Source: Myxococcota bacterium (lineage in GTDB: Bacteria > Myxococcota > Kuafuiibacteriia > Kuafuiibacteriales > Kuafuiibacteriaceae). From it: 64,000 bases of DNA. The DNA lies in the NCBI GenBank assembly GCA_036788295.1, contig DAIQNR010000006.1, positions 51,523 to 115,522 of the forward strand. The letters are read 5' to 3'. Each line of letters opens with the position of its first letter. The first letter of the stretch is position 1. The notes below the pieces were generated by a model that worked only from the letters and a program-made list of their open reading frames with translations, had not been told where the DNA came from and made no database searches. This document shows, piece after piece, positions 46,196 to 54,936 of this stretch. Position numbers and translations under genes: made by a program.

Positions 46196-47209
46196 CTACC
46201 TACGAGTCGAGCTTGCTCGACCAGCGACGCGGGCCTCGAGCGCGGCGGGTCCGGCGCTGCCGTCCACCGCGTCGCCGTTCACGAAGGCCGTGGGCGATTC
46301 GGCGGCGCCGAGCCGGCGGGCGGCCTCGACCCGGCGGGCCACTTCGCCGAGCGGCGCGATTTGAGTGAGGCCCAGTTGGTTCGCGATTCGGTCCACTTCG
46401 CTCGGATCGGCGACCGGAGCGTCGAGCAGAGCGGTCAGCAACTTCGGTTTCAGTCCCTTTCCTTCGGCGGCGACCGCCCACTGCGCGATGCGAAGACCAA
46501 CCTCGTCCCCGTGGCGGGGGATGGGCCGAACCGTCCACCGAACCTTCGGCTGGGCTCGGGCCCAATCGGCGAGGGCGCGGGTCTGGGGCTCGGCGAGCGA
46601 GCCATAGATGACGACGACAGGGCCGTTCTCCGGCCCGGCCGCCTCGCCGGCGGTGAGCGGGATCGCGACCCGAGGGCGCGCTGGCGGAGGGTGGTCGATC
46701 CGAATGTCGGCCTGCTCCCGAAGGCTCCGGATGAAAGACAGCTCCGCTTCGAGGCGGGCCCGCTCCGAGAGGTACATCTCGACCCGAGCTCGGTCCTCTT
46801 CGCCAAGCCCTCGGTCCGCGAGGTAGGCTTCGACCTCGGCCCGGTCCGCCCGCCTCGGCGGCGCCTTTCTTCCCAGCAGCGCCTCGGCCGTGGTCCCGGT
46901 CTCGGCGGCGGCGCGGCGAAGGAGGCGCTCGTCGATTCGCCGCTCGAGCTCCTGCCGCTCGAGGATGTGCAGGTCCACCTGCCGCCGGAAGACCTCCATC
47001 GCGATCTCGGCGTGGACCTCGGACCGAAGGATCGGCGCTCCGTCCACCACGGCGAGCGCTGGATCTTCCACAGCCTTCCCGCACCCGAAGGAGAACACGA
47101 GCACCGCAGGCGACCAGGCGAGAGCCGGACCCATCGAGCAGAGCCGGGAGACGAGGCGAAGCACCGCCCGGACTGTTGCGGCCTTTGCGGGCCGCGGTCG
47201 ACCGGTCAT
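46196..47209 (-). CDS. DsbA-like thioredoxin-fold lipoprotein lacking the CxxC active site
   Basis: 337 aa from ATG 47209 (MTGRPRPAK...VLVFSFGCG lipobox). N-terminal coiled-coil/SurA-like region, then a DsbA-like fold in which the expected C-P-x-C position reads VVVIYGSLAEPQ, with no cysteines. Confidence 0.5.
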   Translation of the reverse strand: MTGRPRPAKAATVRAVLRLVSRLCSMGPALAWSPAVLVFSFGCGKAVEDPALAVVDGAPILRSEVHAEIAMEVFRRQVDLHILERQELERRIDERLLRRAAAETGTTAEALLGRKAPPRRADRAEVEAYLADRGLGEEDRARVEMYLSERARLEAELSFIRSLREQADIRIDHPPPARPRVAIPLTAGEAAGPENGPVVVIYGSLAEPQTRALADWARAQPKVRWTVRPIPRHGDEVGLRIAQWAVAAEGKGLKPKLLTALLDAPVADPSEVDRIANQLGLTQIAPLGEVARRVEAARRLGAAESPTAFVNGDAVDGSAGPAALEARVAGRASSTRR

Positions 47210-47222
47210 GAGGCGGCCGCGC

Positions 47223-48845
47223 CTACGAGGTCGTCTCGATCGGCCGCGGTGCGCACGTTCGGGCGCCGTGGGCCTCGAGGAGCGCCGCCGCTTCGTGGTG
47301 CCCATGCCGCTCGGCGTCGTCTCGCGGCGTGCCGCCCCAGCGATCGACGGGGTCCACCTCGACCCCGCGCTCGAGCAAGAACTCGATGACTTCGAGGTGC
47401 CCCTCCGCAGCGGCGAGATGCATGGCGGTTCGGCGGTCGTAGTCGGCGAGATGCAGGCAGTTGGCGCGGGCGCTGAGCCGCTTCAGCGCGGATACATCCC
47501 CCTTGCTCGCGGCCCACAGCACGGGACCCACCCGGTCCGCGCGCTCCTCTCCAAATGCGATCCGCGGGTCGTCCTTCTCCGTGAGTCCGGTGAGGTTGTC
47601 GTAGTTGTGGAAGTTGTACCGGCTGACGAGGCCCCGAGCCATCGCGAGGCCTCGAACCGAGTTCCCGAAGCTGTCGAGGCGGGGGGACCAAGTGACCATG
47701 CCCATCACGTTCGGCACGACGACCATGATCGCCCCGGCTACGCCCGACTTCGCCGGGAGCCCGACGGTGAACGCGAACTCCCCCGAGAAATCGTACATCC
47801 CGCAGCTGTACATCAGGGACATGCAGTTGCGGACGGTCTGCGGCGAAAACACCGTCTCCCCGGTGAGCGGGTTGACCCCTCCGTTGGCCAAGGTGGCGGC
47901 GAGCACCGCCATCTTCTTGGTCGTGACGTCGATCGAGCAGCACATGAAGTAGAACTCGAGGGTCTGGTGCAGATCGGTGCCCGGAGGGAACGCCTTGTTC
48001 TCCTGCATGAAATAGCCGAGCGCGAAGTTGCGGTCAGCGGTCTGGCGCTCGGACAGGTACACTGAATTGTTGAATCCGACCTTCGCGCCACACGCTCGGC
48101 GCCACTGCGCGAGCACGTAGTCGAACCGGTCGGACATGTCTTCGCCCGGGCGAAGCAGCGAGCAGCACATGATGGCGCCGGCGTTGATCATCGGGTTGTG
48201 CGGTTTGCCGTCGGCGTTCAACGCGAGCTCGTTGAAGCCGCGACCGCTCGGCTCGCGCCCGACGTGCTCATGCACCTTGGCCTCTCCGTGCTCCTCGAGC
48301 GCCAGGCAGTAGTTGATCGGCTTGCAGGTGGACTGGACGCAGAAGTCCAGGTCGTGGTCGCCGAGGTCGATGCGCTGGCCGTCGATCGTGCACACCGAGG
48401 CCGCCCAGTGCTCCGGATCGACCCGAGACAGCTGGGGAATGTAGTTGGCGACTGCGCCCCCGTCTTCGTCCCGGCACTGCTCGAACAGGCCGGTGATGCT
48501 CGCGCGAAAGCGCCCGAACTCGGGGATGACCATTTCTCCTGAGATTGCACGCTCGACCGTGCTGATGCCAGGCTGAATGACCTGGCAGAACGCGTTGTAG
48601 TCCATGCCCGCTTCGGTGTGGTCGCGGAGGCGAGCGAGGACTGGGCGCAGCCGGGGGTCGGTCGCGACGTCGAGCCCCGACGCCTCGAGCGCTTCGGTGA
48701 GCTCGGCGCGGCTCACGAGTTTCTGCGAGCCGGCAAGCGAGGCAAACAACCGGCGCTCCCGGAGGACCGCCGGCTGGGCCAGCTCCTCCGGGGCCAGGCT
48801 GACCGGCGACGCATCCGCGGTCGCCGTCGAGTGGTCTCGATGCAT
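47223..48845 (-). CDS. glsA: Kidney-type (GLS-like) glutaminase with N-terminal EF-hand-like domain and C-terminal ankyrin repeats
   Basis: 540 aa from ATG 48845 (AAGGGGAG RBS). VANYIPQLSRVDPEHWAASVCTIDGQRIDLGD...CVQSTCKPINYCLALEEHG...HEHVGREPSG..FNEL.LN.DGKPHNPMINAGAI and C-terminal DVSALKRLSARANCLHLADYDRRTAMHLAAAEGHLEVIEFLLERGVEVDPVDRWGGTPRDDAERHGHHEA are colinear with human GLS/KGA including its ankyrin tail. Confidence 0.85.
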   Translation of the reverse strand: MHRDHSTATADASPVSLAPEELAQPAVLRERRLFASLAGSQKLVSRAELTEALEASGLDVATDPRLRPVLARLRDHTEAGMDYNAFCQVIQPGISTVERAISGEMVIPEFGRFRASITGLFEQCRDEDGGAVANYIPQLSRVDPEHWAASVCTIDGQRIDLGDHDLDFCVQSTCKPINYCLALEEHGEAKVHEHVGREPSGRGFNELALNADGKPHNPMINAGAIMCCSLLRPGEDMSDRFDYVLAQWRRACGAKVGFNNSVYLSERQTADRNFALGYFMQENKAFPPGTDLHQTLEFYFMCCSIDVTTKKMAVLAATLANGGVNPLTGETVFSPQTVRNCMSLMYSCGMYDFSGEFAFTVGLPAKSGVAGAIMVVVPNVMGMVTWSPRLDSFGNSVRGLAMARGLVSRYNFHNYDNLTGLTEKDDPRIAFGEERADRVGPVLWAASKGDVSALKRLSARANCLHLADYDRRTAMHLAAAEGHLEVIEFLLERGVEVDPVDRWGGTPRDDAERHGHHEAAALLEAHGARTCAPRPIETTS

Positions 48846-49025
48846 GAGTTCTCCCCTTGGAGGCTCGGATGAAAGGGGGACGGCCTCCAACCCGACAGAA
48901 TCGCCAAGCGGGCCCGCTGCGCAAGCCGCATTCCGCGACAATTGACCACGGAGCGCTGATCTTCGCACTCACGCCGCCCGACCGCCGCCGGCGGGCGCGG
49001 GTTTCTGCTCGGTCACCACTACGTG

Positions 49026-49218
49026 GGTCAGCGGGAGGCGGTCTCTTCGAGGCGGCTCCAGAAACGAGCCGTGAGTCGCGACCACGCGTGGGCCTCGGCC
49101 ACCTCCCGCCCCGAGGCCGCCTGGCTATCGGGCGTGTCGCCACGGAGGCCCTCGAGGAGCCGAGCGGCGAAGCACGCGTCGGTCTCGGCCCGCCGGTAGT
49201 GAACGCCGTCCTCGAGCG
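49026..49218. repeat. 193-bp direct repeat, copy 1 (duplicate of the 3' end of the GT4 gene); second copy at 50891-51083
   Basis: Copies are identical except for 2 substitutions, both synonymous in the GT4 reading frame. Copy 1 encodes an orphan fragment (track ORF 49028..49243) identical to the last 60 aa of the GT4 protein (...LEDGVHYRRAETDACFAARLLEGLRGDTPDSQAASGREVAEAHAWSRLTARFWSRLEETASR). Confidence 0.9.
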
Positions 49219-49243
49219 CGCCAGCGTCTTCTGAAATCGGCAC
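49028..49243 (-). pseudogene. Orphan C-terminal fragment of the GT4 glycosyltransferase (duplicated 3' end)
   Basis: 71-aa ORF whose last 60 aa equal the GT4 C-terminus. No glycosyltransferase N-terminal domain is attached. Confidence 0.7.
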
Positions 49244-49400
49244 CCCGACCTCGCTGAAGGCCTAACTCGAGTGATTCCCCGAGGGCTCTCAGGCCGCCGA
49301 GGCGAGCCGCGCTCTGGAAGAGCGCTCGACTTGAAGAAGCTTTGAAGTTCGTCCGGGCTCGCGTCATTCACCGGCGACTTTCAAGAAAGGTCACTCCATC

Positions 49401-50783
49401 ATGAACCAAACACGACATTCCCTCATGATCTAACTCGCCGGATCCCTGACCCTCGCGGCCTGCGGCGGCGACGCGGTGGAGCTCGGCTCGAGCTACCTTG
49501 CCTCCGCCGACATCCTCGCGAGCGCGGGCGGAGGCTTCGTGGTCAGCGAGTCCGAATCCCCCGAGTACGCCGGCGTGGGCATCGACGTCCCGGCCGGGGC
49601 CCTGGCTCAGGACGTGACCCTCACCGTCGCGCCGACCGCCGACCTCGCGACCGTCGAGGACGTCGAATGGGTGGGACCGGCGATGGACTTCGGTCCGGAC
49701 GGCCTCACCTTCTCGATGCCGGCGACGATCACCCTGTTGGTGAACCGATCGCTCGGCGACGATTCCCCGGTGGTCCGCGCCGTGAGCGCCGACGGCAGCT
49801 CGGAGTGGATTGAGACCGATGACATCCAGGTCAACCAGAATGGCACGTGGTCCTTTCCCGCGTCCCACTTCACCATCTTTCAGCCCGGGCGAAGGCCGCG
49901 TCGCCAGACGGCCGGGGAGAGCTTCTCGGATCTCGACTGCCAACCGGGCTTCATCTGCGCCGCGATCGGCCGCTGCATCGACGGCTCGGGCGACGACCTC
50001 TACGAGGTGGCCCAGGCGGCGGGGAACTTCAGCACCCTGTTGACGACGGTGGACAGCCTCCGGCTCGCGGGGCTCATCTCCGTACCCGGACCCTTCACCC
50101 TGTTCGCCCCGACCGACGCTGCCTTCGCGTCGCTGCCCGTCAACCTGAGCGTCGTGGACTCGGCGATCGTCGAGAACATCATCTTCAACCACATCGCGTT
50201 CGACGAATTCGACGCCGCTGCCCTCACCGCAGCCGCGGAGGTGACGACCATCGCAAAGGTCACCCACGCTTTCGGCGGCGGGACGGTGCGCAGCGCCCGG
50301 ATCGCGACCGCCGATGTCGCCGCCTCGAACGGGATCATCCACGTCCTCGACGACGTCATCGTCCCGCCAACCATTCTCGAGACGGTGGCCGCGCGCCGGT
50401 TCACCCAGCTCTCCGCCGCCCTCGCCGCCGCGTCGCCGGCCACCCGCCAGGCGCTCGACCCGGATACCCTCGGGGGCGCGGCGCCGGTCACCCTGTTCGC
50501 GCCGCTCGACTCCGCCTTCGAGGCCGCGAATCTCGCTGGAGAGAACCTGGACGCGGTCCTCGCGACCCACGTGGTGGCCGGGCAGATCACTTCCGGCGAT
50601 CTCACTCCGGGTCGGGTCTTCACGACCCTGTCGGGGAGCCGTCTCACGGTGGGGACCGAAGGCCGGCCTGCGTCGCTGACCGACGAGCGCGGGAACACCT
50701 TCAGTGTGATCTTCTCGGATACGCGGACCCTGACCGGCGTCCTTCACGTCATCGACGGGGTGCTCCTCCCCGCGCGACCCTGA
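49401..50783 (+). pseudogene. Fasciclin (2x FAS1 domain) lipoprotein gene with an in-frame TAA at codon 11 inside the signal peptide
   Basis: ATG 49401 gives MNQTRHSLMI-TAA(49431)-LAGSLTLAACGGDAVELGSS... in the same frame as the 435-aa FAS1 ORF. The only start downstream of the stop is GTG 49476, which lacks a signal peptide. FAS1 signatures FTLFAPTDAAFASLP and NGIIHVLDDVIVP, VTLFAPLDSAF and GVLHVIDGVLLP. Confidence 0.6.
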
Positions 50784-50890
50784 GCGCGGCGTCGGGCTGG
50801 TCGTCGCCCCTGCGCAGGCCATCCCGAGGACCGGGTTCGTCCCTCGCTTTCTCGGTAGGCTCGTCCTCGGCGAGATTCGACGCGCCGGGC

Positions 50891-51083
50891 GGTCAGCGGG
50901 AGGCGGTCTCTTCGAGCCGGCTCCAGAAACGAGCCGTGAGTCGCGACCACGCGTGGGCCTCGGCCACCTCTCGCCCCGAGGCCGCCTGGCTATCGGGCGT
51001 GTCGCCACGGAGGCCCTCGAGGAGCCGAGCGGCGAAGCACGCGTCGGTCTCGGCCCGCCGGTAGTGAACGCCGTCCTCGAGCG
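50891..51083. repeat. 193-bp direct repeat, copy 2 (the native 3' end of the GT4 gene)
   Basis: See copy 1. Offset is 1865 bp. The two copies flank the FAS1 gene. Confidence 0.9.
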
Positions 51084-52068
51084 GAAACCCACGCACGCCC
51101 ACGGCCGTGGACACGAGCGGGATCCCGGCAGCGAGGGCCTCGACGACCTTCAAGGACGAGCCCGCGCCGTGGCTCAAGGGGTTTGCGAAGACGCGCGCCC
51201 GGCGAAGGTATGGCTCCACCGACGGTATGGTTCCCGTGACTTCGACGCGAGGTCCCCGGAGCGCCGCGACCCGAGCAGGTGGGTTTGCCCCACAGAGGAC
51301 GAGCGTGGCCTGGGGCGCTCGTGCCCACACTTGGGGCATGATCCGTTCAACGAGACGATGGGCCGCCGCCTGGTTCGGAGAATGGTCCATTCGGCCCACG
51401 AACAGGACCTCCGCGCCCCGTCGCGCCGACGGCAGCACGAGCGGGACGCGCTCGATCGCGACGCCATTTGGGATCACGTCTGGGCGCTCGGGTGAAAACG
51501 CCGCGATGTGGTCCGCGTCGGCCTCCGTCACGCAGACGATCCGGCTCGCCGCCCGCCACGCCTTCTGCTCGAAGGCGCGCATGGTCGCCACCGCCCATCG
51601 TCCCAGGGCGCCCACCGGTCCGCGAGCCTCGATCGACCCCGCCAGGAAGTCGCTCTCGACGTTGTGCTCATCGAGGAGCCAGGGGAGATCGGCTCCGAGA
51701 GCGGCCCGCGCGCCGTAGACATGCTCGACCCACACGAGGTCGAAACGGCGAGCACGGTGGGCCTCGGCGAAGGCGCGGAGGTTCGAGCGGGGGGTCCCCC
51801 GCGCCGCTCGGGTCGGCAGCCCCGGTTCGGGCAGGAAAAGATGGGGGTAGGGTGCCACCCGGTGCCAAGCGTACGTGGCAAGCAGCGGGTCGATTTCTGG
51901 GTTTCGCCGCTCCTTCCCGGAGGCCATCGTGAAAAGATGTAGCTCGGCCCGCTCGGCCACCCGCCGCGACAGTTCGAACATCCTCATCCTACCCCCGCTC
52001 GTCGGTGGGACCGGGAGGTAGGGGCAGAACAGCGCGATCCGGAGCACGGAAGCCTGGTCCCACGCCAT
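50893..52068 (-). CDS. GT4-family glycosyltransferase (GT-B fold)
   Basis: 391 aa from ATG 52068: MAWDQASVLRIALFCPYLPVPPTSGGRMRMFELSRRV... and C-terminal EX7E-type region. The 635-aa track ORF has a low-complexity upstream extension, judged spurious. Confidence 0.75.
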   Translation of the reverse strand: MAWDQASVLRIALFCPYLPVPPTSGGRMRMFELSRRVAERAELHLFTMASGKERRNPEIDPLLATYAWHRVAPYPHLFLPEPGLPTRAARGTPRSNLRAFAEAHRARRFDLVWVEHVYGARAALGADLPWLLDEHNVESDFLAGSIEARGPVGALGRWAVATMRAFEQKAWRAASRIVCVTEADADHIAAFSPERPDVIPNGVAIERVPLVLPSARRGAEVLFVGRMDHSPNQAAAHRLVERIMPQVWARAPQATLVLCGANPPARVAALRGPRVEVTGTIPSVEPYLRRARVFANPLSHGAGSSLKVVEALAAGIPLVSTAVGVRGFPLEDGVHYRRAETDACFAARLLEGLRGDTPDSQAASGREVAEAHAWSRLTARFWSRLEETASR

Positions 52069-52152
52069 GCGCGTCGGGTCACGTCGCTTCTCGGCCGCCG
52101 TCGAGACGCGAATCGCCCCGTCGGGTCGGCGCCGTGCTAGACGGTCGGGCCC

Positions 52153-53064
52153 GTGATCCCCCTCGTCGGGCATTTCGTTTGGATCGGGCCCCGGCTCGGC
52201 TTCGAGCACGTCCTCGCCGTCCGGTCGGCGGCTGCCCGGGGGGGGCTGGACCGGCTGGTGCTGCACCACGCCGACGCGCTCGACGCCGGGCCCGAGCTCG
52301 AGGCCATCCTCGCCGTCGAGACGCTCGAGCTTCGACGATTCGACCCCGAGACCCTCTTGCGAAAGCCCCTGATTGGGCTCTACCTCCGACTCGAGTCGGC
52401 TGCGGCTCGCGCCGACCTGGTCCGCGTCGCGATCTTGGCCGAGGAGGGCGGGGTGTACCTCGACGCGGACACGCTGACCGTGGCGAGTCTCGCCCCTCTG
52501 TGCGCCGGCGGCGGCGCGTTTGCGGGAGAGGAGCACATCATCTTTCCGGCCTCCGTCCGGGACAGCCGAAGCCCCGTCCGCTGGTCCCGAGCAATCGCGC
52601 AGGTTGGGCTGCGGACCGCGTGCCGCCTCGCGCCGGGGGGCTGGCGGGCGTTCCGGAGGGTCGAAGGCTGGTATCCTCGCGCGATGAACAACGCGGTCCT
52701 TGCTGGGGAGCCGGGACATCCCGTCCTCGACGCGCTGCTCGAGGCGATGGCCGGCCGGGCGGAGAAGTCGCGGCTGTCTCCCTACGCGCTCGGGCCGCAC
52801 CTCCTACAGTCTGGCGCCGCGCGCCTCGAGTCGATGGGGCTCGTCGTTCATCCTCCGCCTGTGTTCTATCCACTGGGCCCCCGGGTCGCGGAGCACTGGT
52901 TTCGGCCGGGCACGGCGCGCCACGTCGACCGGATGCTGGCCCCCGAGACCAGGGTGATTCATTGGTATGCGTCCAACCGGCTCACGGGGCCCATGAGCGC
53001 CGCGTGGGTTCGGGAGCGGGCCGAAGACCTCGCGTTCTGTCGGCTCGCGCGGCCTTTCGTCTGA
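52153..53064 (+). CDS. GT32-like glycosyltransferase (Gly_transf_sug, DXD motif)
   Basis: GTG start. VGHFVWIGPRLGF N-terminal motif and GGVYLDADT DXD motif, characteristic of Och1/capsular-polysaccharide-type GT32 enzymes. Confidence 0.6.
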   Translation: MIPLVGHFVWIGPRLGFEHVLAVRSAAARGGLDRLVLHHADALDAGPELEAILAVETLELRRFDPETLLRKPLIGLYLRLESAAARADLVRVAILAEEGGVYLDADTLTVASLAPLCAGGGAFAGEEHIIFPASVRDSRSPVRWSRAIAQVGLRTACRLAPGGWRAFRRVEGWYPRAMNNAVLAGEPGHPVLDALLEAMAGRAEKSRLSPYALGPHLLQSGAARLESMGLVVHPPPVFYPLGPRVAEHWFRPGTARHVDRMLAPETRVIHWYASNRLTGPMSAAWVRERAEDLAFCRLARPFV

Positions 53065-53118
53065 GAGCGCAGGTCGGCACCCCCCGGAAAGATCGTGCTA
53101 CGAGGAGCGCCAAAAAGC

Positions 53119-54177
53119 ATGTCCATCACCCTCGACGTCCTATCCCGGCCCGCGTTCAAGAACCGGCCGCTCAACCCCTACAACGCCCGCATCAACGAGC
53201 AGCTCGGAGGCTTTGGCGTGCGGGTCTTCGAGTATCGACCCCACCGGCCCCTCATCGAGCACTACGACGTGCTCCACGTGCATTGGCCCGAGACGACGTT
53301 CAACCACGACGTGCTCTCGGCGGCGGCGACGACAGAGTCGCTTCTCCTCGCGATGCGGGTGGCCCGGGCGAAGGGGACGAAGACCGTCTGGACGGCGCAC
53401 AATCTCTATGCTCAGGAGCACCGCTACCCGAAGTGGGAGGCCCACTTCTGGCGGCGATACATTCCCCAGGTCGATGGGGTCATCGCACTGACCGAGGACG
53501 GTCTCGAGCGCACACGAGAGACCTTCCCCGGCCTCGACACGCGGCCCGGGTGGGTGCTGCCTCACCCTCACTACCGCGGCGCCTACCCAGACACGATCTC
53601 CGACGAGGAGGCGCGGGCTCGCCTCTCGCTGCCTCCGAACGCCGAGGTCCTCGTCTTCTTCGGGCAGATCCTCGACTACAAGAACGTTCCCGCGCTCGTT
53701 CGCGCGTTTCGAACGATGTCCGGGGGCCCAAAGCCCCGCCACCTCGTGGTGGCAGGACGCCCACGGAGCCGCGAGCTCGAGCTCGCCGTCCGTCACGCCG
53801 CTCGGGGTGCGGATCGTGTGCATCTGCACCTGCGCTACGTCCCGGATTCGGACGTGCAGATGTTCCTGCGCGCCGCGGACCTCGTGGTGCTCCCGTACAA
53901 GGAGATCCTCAACTCGGGGAGCGCCGTGCTGGGGCTGTCGTTCGACAGGAGGGTCTGCATGCCCTGCACCGGGGCGGCCCCTTCGCTTCGCTCCGTGGTG
54001 GGAGAGCGCTGGATGCATCTGTACGACGAGCTGGGCCCCGAGTCCTTGGCTGCGGCGCTCGAGGGCGTAGGCGATCTGCCGCGGCGCACCGATGGGGCGC
54101 ATCTCGGCGGCATCTCGCCGATGGCGATAGCCGAGAGCACCGCCGCGATCTACCGGGAGCTGCTCGGCTCGAGATGA
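53119..54177 (+). CDS. GT1/GT4-like glycosyltransferase (GT-B C-terminal domain)
   Basis: 353 aa from ATG 53119 (AGGAG upstream). LVVAGRPRS...LRYVPDSDVQMFLRAADLVVLPYKEILNSGSAVLGLSF sugar-donor binding region. Confidence 0.6.
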   Translation: MSITLDVLSRPAFKNRPLNPYNARINEQLGGFGVRVFEYRPHRPLIEHYDVLHVHWPETTFNHDVLSAAATTESLLLAMRVARAKGTKTVWTAHNLYAQEHRYPKWEAHFWRRYIPQVDGVIALTEDGLERTRETFPGLDTRPGWVLPHPHYRGAYPDTISDEEARARLSLPPNAEVLVFFGQILDYKNVPALVRAFRTMSGGPKPRHLVVAGRPRSRELELAVRHAARGADRVHLHLRYVPDSDVQMFLRAADLVVLPYKEILNSGSAVLGLSFDRRVCMPCTGAAPSLRSVVGERWMHLYDELGPESLAAALEGVGDLPRRTDGAHLGGISPMAIAESTAAIYRELLGSR

Positions 54178-54306
54178 CCGGCGTTTCGACGAGGCAGGCC
54201 AGGCGATGGCCGCCATCCGCCTGCGCAGTCCACCGTTCGCCAAGACGCACCTCGGCATGCGCGGACCCGCTCGACAACCTCGCCCGAGCGTGCCATCCCC
54301 GGCCCC

Positions 54307-54933
54307 GTGCTCGGGTGGCTGAAACGCATCTGGCGCACGGCCCCGCCAGAACGGCACCTCGAGTTCCCGGAGTCGGCGATCGCGCACCGTCTCCTCGACG
54401 GGAAGAAGGGGATCGAGATCGGCGCGTCGGCGCACAACCCGTTTGGAATCCCAGGGACGATCTACGTAGACTTCACCGACTCCACCGAGACTTCGTTCAA
54501 GAAGTCGGAACTCGAGCTCGTCCAGCGGACGCAGCGGGTGGACGTGGTAGCCCTCGCTTGGTCGCTCCCTTTCGAGTCCGAGAGCCTCGATTTCGTGCTG
54601 AGCTCGCACGTCATCGAGCACTGCTTCGACATCATCGGCACGGTCGAGGAGTGGTTCCGGGTGCTCCGGCCCGGCGGGCTGGTGTTCATGGTCGTCCCCC
54701 ACATGGACCGAACCTTCGACAAGGACGAGGCTCCCACCCCCGTGAGCGAGCTCGTCGAACGGCACCAGGGACTGCGCGAGCCGACTCGGCCCCCGACCGA
54801 GCACCACTCGTTCTTCCGGACCGAAGACTTCCTCGCGCTGTGCGAGGACCAGCGATGGTCGATCGTCGAGCACCACGACGTGGACGACAAAGTGGGCAAT
54901 GGGTTCATCGTGGTCCTCCGACGAGAGGGATGA
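54307..54933 (+). CDS. Class I SAM-dependent methyltransferase (Methyltransf_11-like)
   Basis: LDGKKGIEIGASAHNPFG...ESLDFVLSSHVIEHCFD...LRPGGLVFMVVP. Confidence 0.65.
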   Translation: MLGWLKRIWRTAPPERHLEFPESAIAHRLLDGKKGIEIGASAHNPFGIPGTIYVDFTDSTETSFKKSELELVQRTQRVDVVALAWSLPFESESLDFVLSSHVIEHCFDIIGTVEEWFRVLRPGGLVFMVVPHMDRTFDKDEAPTPVSELVERHQGLREPTRPPTEHHSFFRTEDFLALCEDQRWSIVEHHDVDDKVGNGFIVVLRREG

Positions 54934-54936
54934 AGG

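Noticed and set aside
49368-51092. 574-aa minus-strand ORF covering the FAS1 region
   Set aside because: It is antisense to the FAS1 gene and has no motifs. Only its last about 60 codons (the GT4 3' end) are real coding sequence.
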